Assembly: GCF_016433145.1 (NCBI RefSeq)
Contig: NC_058131.1
Location: 140,753,378 to 140,817,377, forward strand
Direction of reading: 5' to 3'
DNA length: 64,000 nucleotides
From: Gracilinanus agilis
Lineage: Eukaryota
The translations under genes and the position numbers were made by a program. Shown piece after piece: positions 24,857 through 36,544 of this stretch (positions within the stretch are counted from its first letter, which is position 1; each line of letters opens with the position of its first letter). The notes under the pieces were generated by a model that worked only from the letters and a program-made list of their open reading frames with translations, was not told the DNA's origin and searched no databases.

Positions 24857-24935
24857 CTTCTTCTCTTCTCTTCTCTTCTCTTCTCTTCTCTTCTCTTCTC
24901 TTCTCTTCTCTTCTCTTCTCTTCTCTTCTCTTCTC
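24857..24935. repeat. (TTCTC)n pentanucleotide microsatellite
   Basis: Tandem ttctc run. Confidence 0.97.
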
Positions 24936-25506
24936 CTTTTCTCTCTTTTGAATTGAAAATATTTATTTAATTAATTTAGTTACATGATTCATGCTCTTTC
25001 CCTCCCCCAACCCTGCTCCCTTTGTAGCCAACACACAATTCCACTGGGTTTTACATGTATCATTGATTGAGACCTATTTCCATATTATTGATAGTTGCAC
25101 TAGGGTCATCCTTTTAGAGTCTACATCCCCAATCATATCCCCATCAACCCATGTGTTCAAGCAGTTGTTTTTCTTCTCTGTTTCTACTCCTACAGTTCTT
25201 CCTCTGAATGTGGATAGTGTTCTTTCTCATAAGTCCCTCAGAATTGTCCTGGATCACTGCCTTGCTGCTAGTAGAGAAGTCCATTACATTCAATTTCGCC
25301 ACAGTGTATCAGTCTTTATGTATGAGGTTCTCCTGGTTCTGCTCCTTTCACTCTGTATCAATTCCTGGAGGTCATTCAGTTCACATGGAATTCTGCCAGT
25401 TTATTATTATTCCTTTGAGCACAATAATATTCCATCATCAACAGATACCACAATTTGTTCAGCCATTTCCCAGTTGAAGGACATCCCCTCATTTTCCAAT
25501 TTTTCT
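24857..25506 (-). mobile_element. 5'-truncated young L1 with a (GAGAA)n tail
   Basis: L1 3' UTR (aagcagttgtttttcttctctgtttctactcc..., cataagtccctcagaattgtcctggatca); TSD gg(c/a)aactttct at 24846-24856 and 25507-25517. Confidence 0.93.
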
Positions 25507-25639
25507 GGAAACTTTCTAAGGCAATGAACAGTAGCCAGTTTACACTGATAAAGGGAGTTATCTGTGCCAATGAAATCATAAGAGTAGACAGAATTTTTGA
25601 GTCAGAAGTCTTAGGTTCAAGCCCCAGAACCAATACATA

Positions 25640-26090
25640 GAGACTGAGTAGTATAGTGGGAAGAATATTAGATTTGGAGGCAACTAGTTGAACAGAGTTC
25701 TGAAACTGGAGCTTTAGACACTTACTAGCTGTGTGATCCTGGGCAGCCACTTAACCACTCTCTTTCTCAGTATCCGTATTGTAAAGTGAGAATAATAAAA
25801 CTCTCTGCCCCCACCCTGCAGTGTTATTATGTTGATAAAGAGATATTATTTGTAAAGTGCTCTGTAAACTTTAAAGTGCCATAGAATAATAATTATTATT
25901 TTTAATAATAATTATCGATTTTGTTATTCAAATGCTTTGGGTAACCCTCAACTCCACTATTACTTCCTGTATGGCATTAGGCGTGTTGTTTAACTTCTCG
26001 GTGGCTCAGCTTCTCCAGCTACGAAAAATGAGGGAGTTGGACTAAATGATCTCGGAGATCCCTTTCAATTCTATACCCTCTGATTTTGTG
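25640..26090 (+). mobile_element. MIR followed by a MIR3-like fragment
   Basis: ttagacacttactagctgtgtgatcctgggcag...; gagggagttggactaaatgatctcggagatcccttt. Confidence 0.75.
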
Positions 26091-26140
26091 ACTGACTAGG
26101 ACAGCAAGTGACTTACCATCCTGGCCTCAGTTTCCCTATA

Positions 26141-26971
26141 TAGAAATACTCTGGAGATATTGTGGGTTTGGTTTCAGGCCACGGCAATAGAGGAAATATC
26201 ACAATAGAATGAGTCACATGAATTTTCTGGTTTCCCAGGGCATATAAAAGTTATGTTCATACTATACTGTTCTCTTAAGTGTAATTATGTTTATGTAAAT
26301 TGCATAAAATAAAAAAATGTACATATCTTAATTAAAAACACTTTATTGCTAAAAATTCTAACCATGATCTGAACCTTCAGTGAGTTCTAATCTTTTTGCT
26401 GGTGGGGGGTCTTGCCTTGATATTCATGGTTGTTGACTGATCAGGGTGGTGGTTGCTGAAGCTTGGAATAGTTGTGGTAGTTTCTCAAAACCTTAAGGTT
26501 TGTCACCATGATTGACTTTTCCTTTCACCTGAAACTTAGCAGCCATTGTAGAGTTATTAATTAGCCTAATTTCAATCTTGTTATGTCTCAGAGAATTGGG
26601 AGGCCTGAGGGGAGGGAGAGAGATGGATAATAGCTAGTTGATGGAACAAACAGAACACACACTCCATTTACTGATTAAGTTCACTGTTTTTTATGGGCAC
26701 AATTTGTGGGTGGCCCCAACAATTACAATAGTAATATCAAAGATCATTGACCACAGATCACAATAACATATCAATAGTAGTAAAGAAAGAGTTTGAAATA
26801 TTTCAAGAATTTCCAAAATGTGACACAGAGGCATGATGTAAGTATATGCTGTTAGAAAAATGACACCAATAGATTTGCTCAATACAGGGTTGTCATAAGC
26901 CTTCAATTTGTAAAAAATGCGATATCTGTGAAGCACAGTAAAGCAAAGTGCAATAATACAAGGTATGCTTA
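26141..26971 (-). mobile_element. Tigger1 internal-deletion derivative (Tigger1a_Mars-like), TcMar-Tigger
   Basis: Both Tigger1 termini are present: tagaaatactctggagatattgtgggtttgg (consensus caggcatacctcggagatattgcgggttcgg) and gcaataatacaaggtatgctta; TA precedes the left end; no transposase ORF. Confidence 0.92.
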
Positions 26972-27149
26972 CATGCAAAGTGGTAATAAATAACAAATCT
27001 ACCCTGCATGTCACAGGAAGGTTTGCTGTAGATCCAATTATGTAATCTTTGTGACATTTTGCGAAGAATAATATAAATGTAAGATAGTATTTTAAACAGG
27101 CAGAAATAGACAGCAAGCGAAATATGTTTTCAGTTCCTTCCAATGTTTC

Positions 27150-27345
27150 TTTGGGGGTATATTGGAAAGGGCCCAGAAACTGGAGTTAGAGGGCTTGGGT
27201 TTGTTTCCTCCCTCTGTGCGACTTACTCCCTGTTTGACTTTGAGAGAGACAATTCTCTTGTCTGGTTCAGTTTCCTTAGCTGCCAAAGGAGGAGGTTAAA
27301 CTGATGAACTCTAATATCTTTTATGGCATTAAATCTTTTCATCTC
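27150..27345 (+). mobile_element. MIR3-like SINE
   Basis: ggaaactggagttagagggcttgggtt...cagtttccttagctgccaaaggaggaggttaaactgatga. Confidence 0.65.
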
Positions 27346-28229
27346 TATCAGAATCCCTCTTCTCTGACCTGGTGCACTTCACAAAACACATAAAGGTGCA
27401 TTTGTGATACCAGTCCTATCTGCAATTCTTACTCTCAATGAAGAAGTCTCTGTGAATATGTAAACCAATTGCTTGCACTTTTAAAAAGTGAGGACTTAGG
27501 AGAAATGAAAATCTGTCTTCTAACCTGGCAATCTAACTTCTAGTTGCAATTGTCCCTGGTTCTGCTCTGCCTGTGCTGATGGACTCACTGGGCCACCGAG
27601 ATAACCTTTTCTTCATTCATTCTCTTTTGACAGAGTGAATAATTTGAGGAGTTGGCCAAGCCACAGCTAAAAGGCTGCCAACCCATCAACTTGACTATTT
27701 AGTAACTCATGATAAACTGGCAACTTTGAGCCCTATCCATATTAATGTGATATCCCTAGACCTTCTTCTGTGGGTAATGCAATCCTATCAGAATATTCTT
27801 CTGAGTGAGTCTTGGAACAGTTCCTGTTCCTCATTGCTCTTGAATGGAATCTAGGAAAGAAAAGTTGGGAGATGAGGGCGACACTAGTTCTTTAATGCCA
27901 CACAGGTAGACTGAGGTGACCTATGCATTTGTGGGAGTAAGGGTAGGACAGTAATAATGAGATCCCAAATTACCTTGAACCTGCATGTATGTTAGGGAGG
28001 TATTGTGGGTAGGGTTGCTGTAGGTGACTTAACTTTAGGTCTGCCCTCTTACCAAAAAAGATAACATGGCTTCTGTAGGAGCTAAATGCAGTTGACAATT
28101 CATTTTCTTCTCCCTTGGTTTATTAGTACAACCTGGAATCATCTCATGATTCATCCTGTATTCAGAATCCTAGTTATTCTCAACACATAACTTCTACTTA
28201 CCCAGCTAAGATGGGGCTGGTTCTGCCAT

Positions 28230-28700
28230 CAGTCAGTGAATAAATCCTTATTAAATGTGTACTATGTGCTAAGTGAGGGAGCTAATAAGAAAAGCAAAAC
28301 AACCCTTGCCCTCAAGAAGCTTATAATCTGATGGGGGAAGATGATATATTTTTAAAATAAGCTGGAAAAGGGGTGAGGGTAAAGAGAAAGAGTGAGGGTC
28401 CTCAGTGAGGAGGCATAGTAAAGTCCTGTAGCTCAGGGGGAAATTATGAGAGGACTGCCTTGAGTACTCTCCTTAAAAGAGGATCTGAGAGGAGCTCTCC
28501 AATTTCCTACATGCTCCAATCTGAGAAAAAGAGAGGTCTCAGGGGCAAGGGGTATTGAGGTGAGTCTGATACTACCTTGTAGGATGGTAAAGGCCCACAG
28601 GTCTACCTAGAGTGAGGCTAGTTGTCCGGGCATACATGGGCGAGTATTTCATATTCAGTTTCTATTCAGCATTTTTATGGTCCTTCTCTCATGGAATGTC
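28230..28700 (-). mobile_element. L2-tailed element with an unassigned body
   Basis: agtcagtgaataaatccttattaaatgtgtactatgtgct...cccttgccctcaagaagcttataatc tail. Confidence 0.5.
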
Positions 28701-29241
28701 CTGTAGATCTGTGGCACACCTGGCCTATGCTTTATCCTCACCTTATTCAAAGGACTTTAGTGCACTGGTCATCTGAGTTCACACACCTATTGGAGATACG
28801 TTTTTTCTCCATCAGTAAGATATGATTACTAATAGAGCAACTCATCAGTAACTCAACCTGATGAGAGCCCAGGACTATCCGAAGGAATAAAAAAAAAATC
28901 GAATTACAGAGTATTCATTACTTTTCAGTACATAATAGTAACTCAGGTTAGCAAAGTGTTGCTACAAAGTCCTACTTTAATGACTAAATAAGGGTAATTT
29001 GTAACTAGCATCTGTTATTTTCATGCAAATGAGGCTTCTCAAGATTTGAAAGTAGTTAACCTCTTGTGTGTAATTATATTTAAATAAATAATTTGCCTTC
29101 CTGTACCTTTAATAGTGTATATTTTCATCCATTCCTTCTTGGTAGTTTTAGCCAGTTCCAAGTTAGGGAAGCCTGAATTAATGAGGTTTTAGTGCACTCA
29201 GCTCTCAGGGAAGGCAGTTGTGTTGAATGATGATTATATTA

Positions 29242-29308
<67 letters not shown>
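29242..29308. repeat. (TA)n microsatellite
   Basis: Long TA dinucleotide run. Confidence 0.98.
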
Positions 29309-29310
<2 letters not shown>

Positions 29311-30175
29311 TGTACAGTAGGGATCACTTCATTGTAAATAGTACCTTTCCCCCCTCTCAAGAGTGTGCTTAGAAATGAATTTTAAATGCCATGAAAATGC
29401 TAAATGGCAAGTGAACCTGAGGAAAGTTAATGGCTCCCTATTTGGTGACACGGTAAGGGCTGCCATGTTTGTTTACCAAATCCCTATGACCTAAAGGTGT
29501 CAAGTCAGCACCATTTGCCAGTTTTTCAACAGCAATATCAGGACATTATAAATACAGAATATAAAGTAAAATGATTTATTTTTAGAGAGGTTGTTACCAT
29601 CATAGAGAAATGTGATGGAACCTTTTGCCACTCTAGACTCTTATCTAAATTCTAATTTAAATTACAATTAAAAGTAAGCTAAATGACTTGGTGTGGAGCC
29701 AAACTACAAGGGTACTGACCAGTGACTACAAGTCTAAAATCTTATAACACCTGCTAGCCTGGTGAGAACAATTCTTTCTTCTTTCCCCAGTGAGTAACTG
29801 AAAACTGCAAACTCCTTAAGGGTAGGGTCTATTTCTTCAATTCACAGGCTACTCCCCAATATCTAGCACTGCTCTTTTAACAGTTAGGATTCAATGGGTA
29901 TTTGTTGTGTGCTGGATTATCAATCTACACCCACGTAAGTATTCTTTTGCTTTCCAGGCCACTAAATATACAAGAAAAGCATCTCCTTATGTTTATTCAT
30001 GTATCATTAACACTGATAAAAGGCATCTTAGGGTACCTCATCTGGTTTTTGTGACATGAAAACAGAATTAGTTGCCCCATGTGATATTCCATGAGAGATT
30101 AAGATTTCATGTAAGCAACAATGTGCCATCAAGTGTGTGAAATGTGATATGTGATGGTTCTAAAATAAAGAAAAA

Positions 30176-30517
30176 CTCCACTAGCAGCAAAGCAATGATC
30201 CAAAACATTTCTGAGGGACTTATGAGAAAGAATGCTATCCACATCCAGAGAAAGAACTGTGGGAGTAGAAACACAGAAGAAAAACAACTGCTTGAACACA
30301 TGGGTTGATGGGGATATGATTGGGGAAGCAGACTCTAAATGATCATCCTTGTGCAAATGTCAATAATATGGAGATAGGTCTTGATCAATAACACATGTAA
30401 GACCTAGTGGAATTGTGCATTGGCTATGGGAGGGGGTAGGGAGGAAGAGAGGGAAAGAATATGAATCATGTAACCATGGAAAATTTTTCACAATTAATCA
30501 ATAAAATAAAAATAAGT
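30176..30517 (+). mobile_element. 5'-truncated young L1 3' end
   Basis: ctccactagcagcaaagcaatgatcc...aaaacaactgcttgaacacatggg...aatcatgtaaccatgg; perfect 15-bp TSD taaaataaagaaaaa at 30161-30175 and 30518-30532. Confidence 0.95.
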
Positions 30518-31989
30518 TAAAATAAAGAAAAAGTTTCCGACAACCATTGGTGCTGAGTTAACACAGAGTTAACACCATAAAACAAAGCAATGAAAAATCT
30601 TCAATGGTGAAGTATCTAGGTCATTCTAGGTCACTATTCCTTTGAGGAACAGAGTATGAATTTATTCCTATGTAATTTCTTATACCTCTAAAAATTTCAA
30701 ATTTTTGGACATTTCTAAATTTAGGAAGTTTAGAAATGTTTTAATTGAAACTTTTTTTAAAACCATTTGGACAGGTCAGGAAATATTCATATATATGGTC
30801 TGGGGAGGCCTTGAGAAGATCAGTTCTATACTCTAGTTAGGACCTCAAGCCACACTGTATTTTCTTCTGCCAGATTCAGGGTGGTTATATTTCTCACTTT
30901 GCTATGTGCCTCTGTGACAATGGATGATAAAGATACTGTAGGGTAAGGTGCTGTGATGCCCATTTTATAGGAGGGAATAACTGAGGCTCAGAGTGGCACC
31001 AGGATTACAGCCTCTCTCTCTCTTTGCCCATGCCTATGCCCATGGACTATTGAGGTAGCTGTTCCAGGAAAGTGTGTCTAATGGAATTGAGAATGCAAGG
31101 GAGAGTGTACAAGTTAATGGATATGGGGATTGAGATTCACTGGCCCTACGTAGAAGCAATCATGGGTAGAGTTTCTCATTAGTGCTCTCCTCTACATTCA
31201 GAGGGAATGAATTTTTTAATGATGTATTAGGCATAGTAATAGATGGTGAGGGAGTTAATTTTGAGAAAAACATCTGGGTTCCAGCAATATAGGTACAGCT
31301 TCTACATATGTCCCTCCTCTCCAGGAAGACATCTGTAACCCTGGCTACCTGTCTCCTGGTTGGATCTGTAGGTGTTCTCTATGTGCTGAAAGCATTCTTA
31401 CTTTTCCTAGACTTCAGCTAAGATCCTGAGGATATTCTTAGCGGGTTATTTGTGCTAGTTGATAACTGAAAGTAGCTTGGCTTGTCCTCATTTTGGGTGC
31501 TGGTAATAAATATTTAAATATGTTTTCCAACTCTTGCTTATGACAATTGCATAAGACTTCCAAAGTAAAGACAATGATTGCTCATTTGCCCAACTTTTAG
31601 CTTTTCTTGTTGCTTGGATTCAAGTAGAGTCTGGACCAGGGAATTTGTGACCTCCCCAAACAGCTTATGTCTTGACATATATTAATGCTGCAGTCATGTC
31701 AAATGAGACAGTCCCATTCTTGCAAAGCATGAGTAACTCTTGGGCCTTGTTTAAACTAGTATAATGTTAGGTTGGTTCATTTCAAAGCATGTCTCATCAG
31801 AATCAATGACACATTTCTCAAGATCTTTCTTCCACGGTTTTTGATTGAACCCAACCTTTTTCTTGCAGAACACTGCAGGGTGTGTCACATTGCGAGCTCA
31901 AACATTAATGTCCTTGCCCTAAAGGGTGACTCCTTTGGACATCCTGAATTAAGCAGAAAAAATACAGACCATGGATTAGGCATAGAATT

Positions 31990-32165
31990 TTAAGCTGATT
32001 TCCATGAATTAAAGAAATTCAATAGCTGTATTTCCCTATAGTTGGTTTTCTTTGCTGATCTATTATATTTTAGGCATTCAAAAAATTATTCTGAAAAGGG
32101 ATTTGTGGGTTTCACCAAGCTTCCATAGGTAGCTGAGACACCAAAAAAAGTTAAAATCTATTGAC
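31990..32165 (+). mobile_element. hAT-Charlie (Charlie4z/MER80-like) MITE, degenerate
   Basis: tagctgtatttccctatagttggttttc...aaattattctgaaaaggg...ttcaccaagcttcc...aaaaaagttaaaa; inverse orientation of the copy at 43073. Confidence 0.7.
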
Positions 32166-32544
32166 TTAAAAGGAGATTCATGAGCTTGTGGTTTTCATGT
32201 TTTTAATTCTTCTGAGGTGATTTATTACTGAGGCATCGTGTGGAAATAAGCCATTGTTCTTATGAATCTAAGGCACTTTAAAGACAGTACCTTTCAGATG
32301 CCTGTTAGGGGTAAATGGATTAGGGGAAGGATCTAAGGGAAGACCCTTATCCTCATGCCTCATCCCTGAGAACATGTGATTCCTCTTGTGGAAGGAGTCT
32401 GTCTGTGAGGAGTGTGTCCACTCAGTGGACACTTAAGTTTGGACCTCAGTTGATCTGTGTAATCTTAGATCGACAAGTCAATCTAAGCTTCAGTTTCTTC
32501 ATTTGCAAAATTGAAGACTAATAACCCTTAAGTCCTAGAGGAAG

Positions 32545-32810
32545 CAAAGGGGAATGGAGTAAGTAATTATCTAGTGCCTATATGTGCCAGGCACTGTGCT
32601 AAGTGCTTTTTATAAGTATTATCTTATTTGATCCTCTAACAACAGTTCAAAGTAAGTGCTATTATTGTCCTCATTTTATAGACAATGAAACTGAGGCAGA
32701 GGTTCAGTGACTTGCCCACAGTCACACAACTACTAAGAATCTGAGTTTGGATTTGAACTCAGATCTTCCTGACTCTAGGCCATGAACCCTATCCATTGTA
32801 CCACCCTAAT
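32545..32810 (-). mobile_element. MAR/MIR SINE
   Basis: tatgtgccaggcactgtgctaagtgc...gaaactgaggcagaggttcagtgacttgccc...gatcttcctgactctagg. Confidence 0.88.
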
Positions 32811-32918
32811 TCTAGATCTATGAATTCTTTGATTCTATATTTCATCTGGAAACGTCTTGGGAGAACAAGATTTTTTTATAAAGGATTCAGACGGGATGCC
32901 CATCTTAAGGATATGTGT

Positions 32919-33205
32919 GGTTTTTATTTTTTAAAAAAGTCAAGTAATTAATTAATTAAGAATATATTTCCATTGTTACATGACTCATGTTCTTTCCCTC
33001 CCCTCCTCCCACCCTTCTTCCATAGCCAACGAGCAATTCCACTGGGTTTTAAATGTGTCATTGATCAAGACCTATTTCCATATTATTCATATTTGCACTA
33101 GGATGATCCTTTAGGGTCTACATCCCCAATCGAACCATGTGATCAAGCAGTTGTTTTTCTTCTGTATTTCTATCCCACAGTTCTTTGTCTGGATGTGGAC
33201 ATTCA
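32919..33205 (-). mobile_element. 5'-truncated L1 3' end
   Basis: gttacatgactcatgttctttccc...aagcagttgtttttcttctg; candidate TSD gatatgtgt at 32910-32918 and 33206-33214. Confidence 0.9.
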
Positions 33206-33239
33206 GATATGTGTTTCTTTTTAAAGGTTCAACATCCTT

Positions 33240-33480
33240 AGGAAGTAATAATTCACTTATATAATGCTTTAAACTGTGCCAAGCTCTTTGCAAACATGAT
33301 CTCATTTAAGCCTCACAACAGCCTTGTGAGGTAGATACTACAGGTTCTTTGCTCATTTTACAGAGGGGACTGAGACTCAGAGGGATTAAATGATCAGTTT
33401 AACTAGTAAAAGTCAGCTAGCTAGAAATATCAGAGGCAAGATTTGAACCTAGATCTTCATGTCTTAAAATTCAACTCTCT
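33240..33480 (-). mobile_element. MIR SINE
   Basis: ctcatttaagcctcacaacagccttgtgaggtag...gatttgaacctagatcttc. Confidence 0.8.
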
Positions 33481-33654
33481 AGGCAGAAGCCATAAATTTT
33501 CCAAAGGAAGGGAAAGGAATGGAAACTCCAATACCAGTTGTGGATTTGTGAATAGACCCTAAATCCAACTGTGTATCCTCTGCTGCCAGGCTCCAAGGTG
33601 ATTGTCTACCTGACTTAGCCATGTGCTCTAGTGGTGCTGGTTGGAGGGACATCA

Positions 33655-34110
33655 GTCAGGTGGCATGGTGGATAGAGCACTGGCTTTGGAGTCAGGAAGA
33701 AAAGAGTTTAAATCCTGACTTAGAAACTTATGGGGGGCAGCTGGGTAGCTCAGTGGATTGAGAGCCAGGCCTAGAGACAGGAAGTCCTAGGTTCAAATCT
33801 GGCCTCAGACACTTCCCAGCTGTGTGACCCTGGGCAAGTCACTTGACCTCCATTGCCTAGCCCTTACCACTCTTCTGCCTTGGAGCCAATACAACTCCAA
33901 GATGGAGAAGGGTTTAAAAAAAAGTAACTTATGGGTTGTGTGACCTTGAGCAAGTTACTTAGCCTGTTTTTGCCTCAGTTTTCTCATCTGTAAAATTGAG
34001 ATTTCAATATGTCCACCTCTCAGGGTTGTAAGGATAAAATTAGATAATGTAGTTTAAAAGCTTTCCAAATCTTAAAATACTATATAAATGCTGTTATTAT
34101 TATTATTATT
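33655..34110 (+). mobile_element. MIR SINE interrupted by SINE1
   Basis: ggtggcatggtggatagagcactggc... resumes at tgtgtgaccttgagcaagttact...ctcatctgtaaaattg. Confidence 0.85.
33735..33925 (+). mobile_element. SINE1_Mdo-type SINE
   Basis: gggcagctgggtagctcagtggattgagagccaggcc...; TSD aacttatggg at 33725-33734 and 33926-33935. Confidence 0.97.
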
Positions 34111-35139
34111 ATCATTGTTGCCATTCTGGAGTTGATCACATTTCCTGCAGTAGAGCTAAAGAGAAAATATTAGTGAGAGTTGAGAAAAATAAAAGAATGT
34201 CTCTTAAAGAATAAGCATCTGGTCCAAAAATGGAAGCCAGAATACTGATTTGTAGTCCAGTGTGCTTCGCTGGGCTTCTTCACAGAGAAGTCATGAAGTC
34301 ACGGACTCTCTGTGGGTCGGAGAGAAGGCCAGGCAGACTCCATTTCCCTTACTTTAGAAGGCTGCCTGGATTCTCTCTGCTCTGAATGTCTGATGCTGTG
34401 TGATGTATAGACCCCAAATGGCCCTTCCCTGTGGCCAGGCTACATTTTTAGTGGTTACAGCACAGCCGTGAGGATCTCAAATTTATGGCAGTGGTTGGTT
34501 CCATCAAAGGGAAGACAGAGTGCTTGTGTGTAGCGCCTAATAAATTCCTTGTTATCTTTTACAACCGTCTTGGGTGAACGTTGTGCCTCTTAACACAGTG
34601 GGCTGTGTCAGCCAGAGCAAATGTTACCCCAGACAACCATGTATTAAGGACTAAAGAGGTGCTGGTGCCAAAATAACTAGCCTTGAGACCTAGCCAGGCC
34701 ATTATCGAACAGTTGAGGGGGCTAGCTTGGCACAAATGGCCCTCAGGTGAACTGTACACTGGAGAGACCTAAGGCTTTGGAGGCTCCCCAGAAGCCACTG
34801 GTAACAAAATTGTCTTGACGGAATTCAGAGCCACAGGAGGATGAGATGGTGGTGACAGAGTAACAACATACTTGTGGCCACAAGTGCTAATTAACCCACA
34901 GGGCTGATTTTAATCATTACTGTCATCTACTGAAATCAGATAACCGGGGAAAATGCTGTTTCATCTTTTCAAGTGAATTCATATTCAAGTTAAATCTAGT
35001 TTTTCAAATCAAGTTTTTTCTACATTTGTGCCCTTCCCACCTGCTCTCCTCTATCCCCCAAAGGAGAAGAAAAAAAATTCTAAAAATCAGAAAGGTTCAT
35101 AGAGTCAGTGTGTTAGTCTCTGGAATGACGTTAATTATA

Positions 35140-35345
35140 ATAACAATAATAGCTAGCATTTATATAGGGCTTACTATGTGCCAGTCATTATGCTAAGTGC
35201 TTTACAATTAATTATCTTATTTAATTTTATAACAATTCTAGAAGTTAGGTATTATTATTTTCCCCATTTTACAGATGAGGAAACTGAGGTAGAGATATTA
35301 AATAACTTGTCTAGGGTTATACAACTATTATTTAATGGTAATAGT
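35140..35345 (-). mobile_element. MAR/MIR SINE
   Basis: agctagcatttatatagggcttactatgtgcc...cccattttacagatgaggaaactgagg. Confidence 0.88.
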
Positions 35346-35755
35346 AAGAGATAAAACATAGAGTTCGACCTCTGCATTTAACTGACAAGGAAACTGAGGT
35401 TCAGAGAGGGAAGGGACTTGGCAAAGAGAAGGATAGTATAACTTCTAAATTGGCAACTTGGAATTTATATTCTGTCAACCTGTGCATTTGTAAATTCTTT
35501 ATACATTCATTCAACAAGTATTTATTAAGTTCTGGCTGTGTGCTAGGAACTAGGCAGAAAAAAATAAGAACAAAACAAACCCTGCTCTCAAGGATTTATG
35601 GGATTGTTGTGACTCAGGTGGGATGGGATGGTCTTGGGGATTTGAGGGTCACTTCACAGAATTTGAGGAATTCCTTGGTCTGTGCTTCTTGTGTTATCAC
35701 TCATCACAGTGTTCATTCAATAACCATTAATCAAGGATATTCTATATGTATATAT

Positions 35756-35996
35756 NNNNNNNNNNNNNNNNNNNNNNNNNNNNNNNNNNNNNNNNNNNNN
35801 NNNNNNNNNNNNNNNNNNNNNNNNNNNNNNNNNNNNNNNNNNNNNNNNNNNNNNNNNNNNNNNNNNNNNNNNNNNNNNNNNNNNNNNNNNNNNNNNNNNN
35901 NNNNNNNNNNNNNNNNNNNNNNNNNNNNNNNNNNNNNNNNNNNNNNNNNNNNNNNNNNNNNNNNNNNNNNNNNNNNNNNNNNNNNNNNNNNNNNNN
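35756..35996. other. Assembly gap (N run) following a (TA)n start
   Basis: 241 N. Confidence 1.
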
Positions 35997-36427
35997 TTAC
36001 ACATTGTAGGGAGCTAAGTTAACATTTAACTATGAGATATGTGGTTAGTTGATATTATTGTGCTAGGTATCATAAGGGATACAAATATTTATATTTTAGA
36101 TAGAATCATAGAACTCAAAGATGGAAAGCAATTCAGAGACCACCTCTGTATAAATGAAGAGGTTGGACTATATCAACCATAACCTCTCCCATAATCCCCT
36201 GCTCACTTTCCACCTCTTTTTCTGAGAGCTGTAATTAAATGAGTCCTCCCATTGCCCTGGAAAGGAGGTGTTTTAGTGTTCCACAGACCATCTTTGTGAT
36301 TTCCCAGGCTATAACTCCCTTCTCTGGCTACCCCTAGCCTGTATAGATTGTCTCCACCATTAGAATATGGGCCTTTTGAGGGCACTTTTTAATTTCCAGT
36401 ATTTTACTCAGTGATAGGCGCATTCTG

Positions 36428-36510
36428 CCCTTCCTTCCTTCCTTCCTTCCTTCCTTCCTTCCTTCCTTCCTTCCTTCCTTCCTTCCTTCCTTCCTTCCTT
36501 CCTTCCTTCC
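36428..36510. repeat. (TTCC)n tetranucleotide microsatellite
   Basis: Tandem ttcc run. Confidence 0.98.
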
Positions 36511-36544
36511 TATGATCTATCCCTAAAGACCTTTAGGCTATCTA

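Larger units (their letters stand above)
24715..25590 (+). mobile_element. MdoRep1-like SINE split by an L1 insertion
   Basis: Head gaggaagcaacatgg...cctgggttcag...cccggcaactttct and tail aactttctaaggc...agggagttatctgtgccaatgaaatcata lie on either side of the L1. Confidence 0.6.

Noticed and set aside
24991-25527. 178-aa plus ORF, the longest gap-free ORF in the window
   Set aside because: Antisense reading of a young L1 3' UTR/ORF2 end; near-identical peptides recur at other L1 copies (30129, 48706).
26691-27143. 150-aa minus ORF
   Set aside because: Runs through the non-coding left arm of Tigger1 and its flank; no transposase motifs.
35450-36022. 190-aa ORF and the overlapping X-rich ORFs (also 20644-20998)
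   Set aside because: Open only because they read through N gaps.
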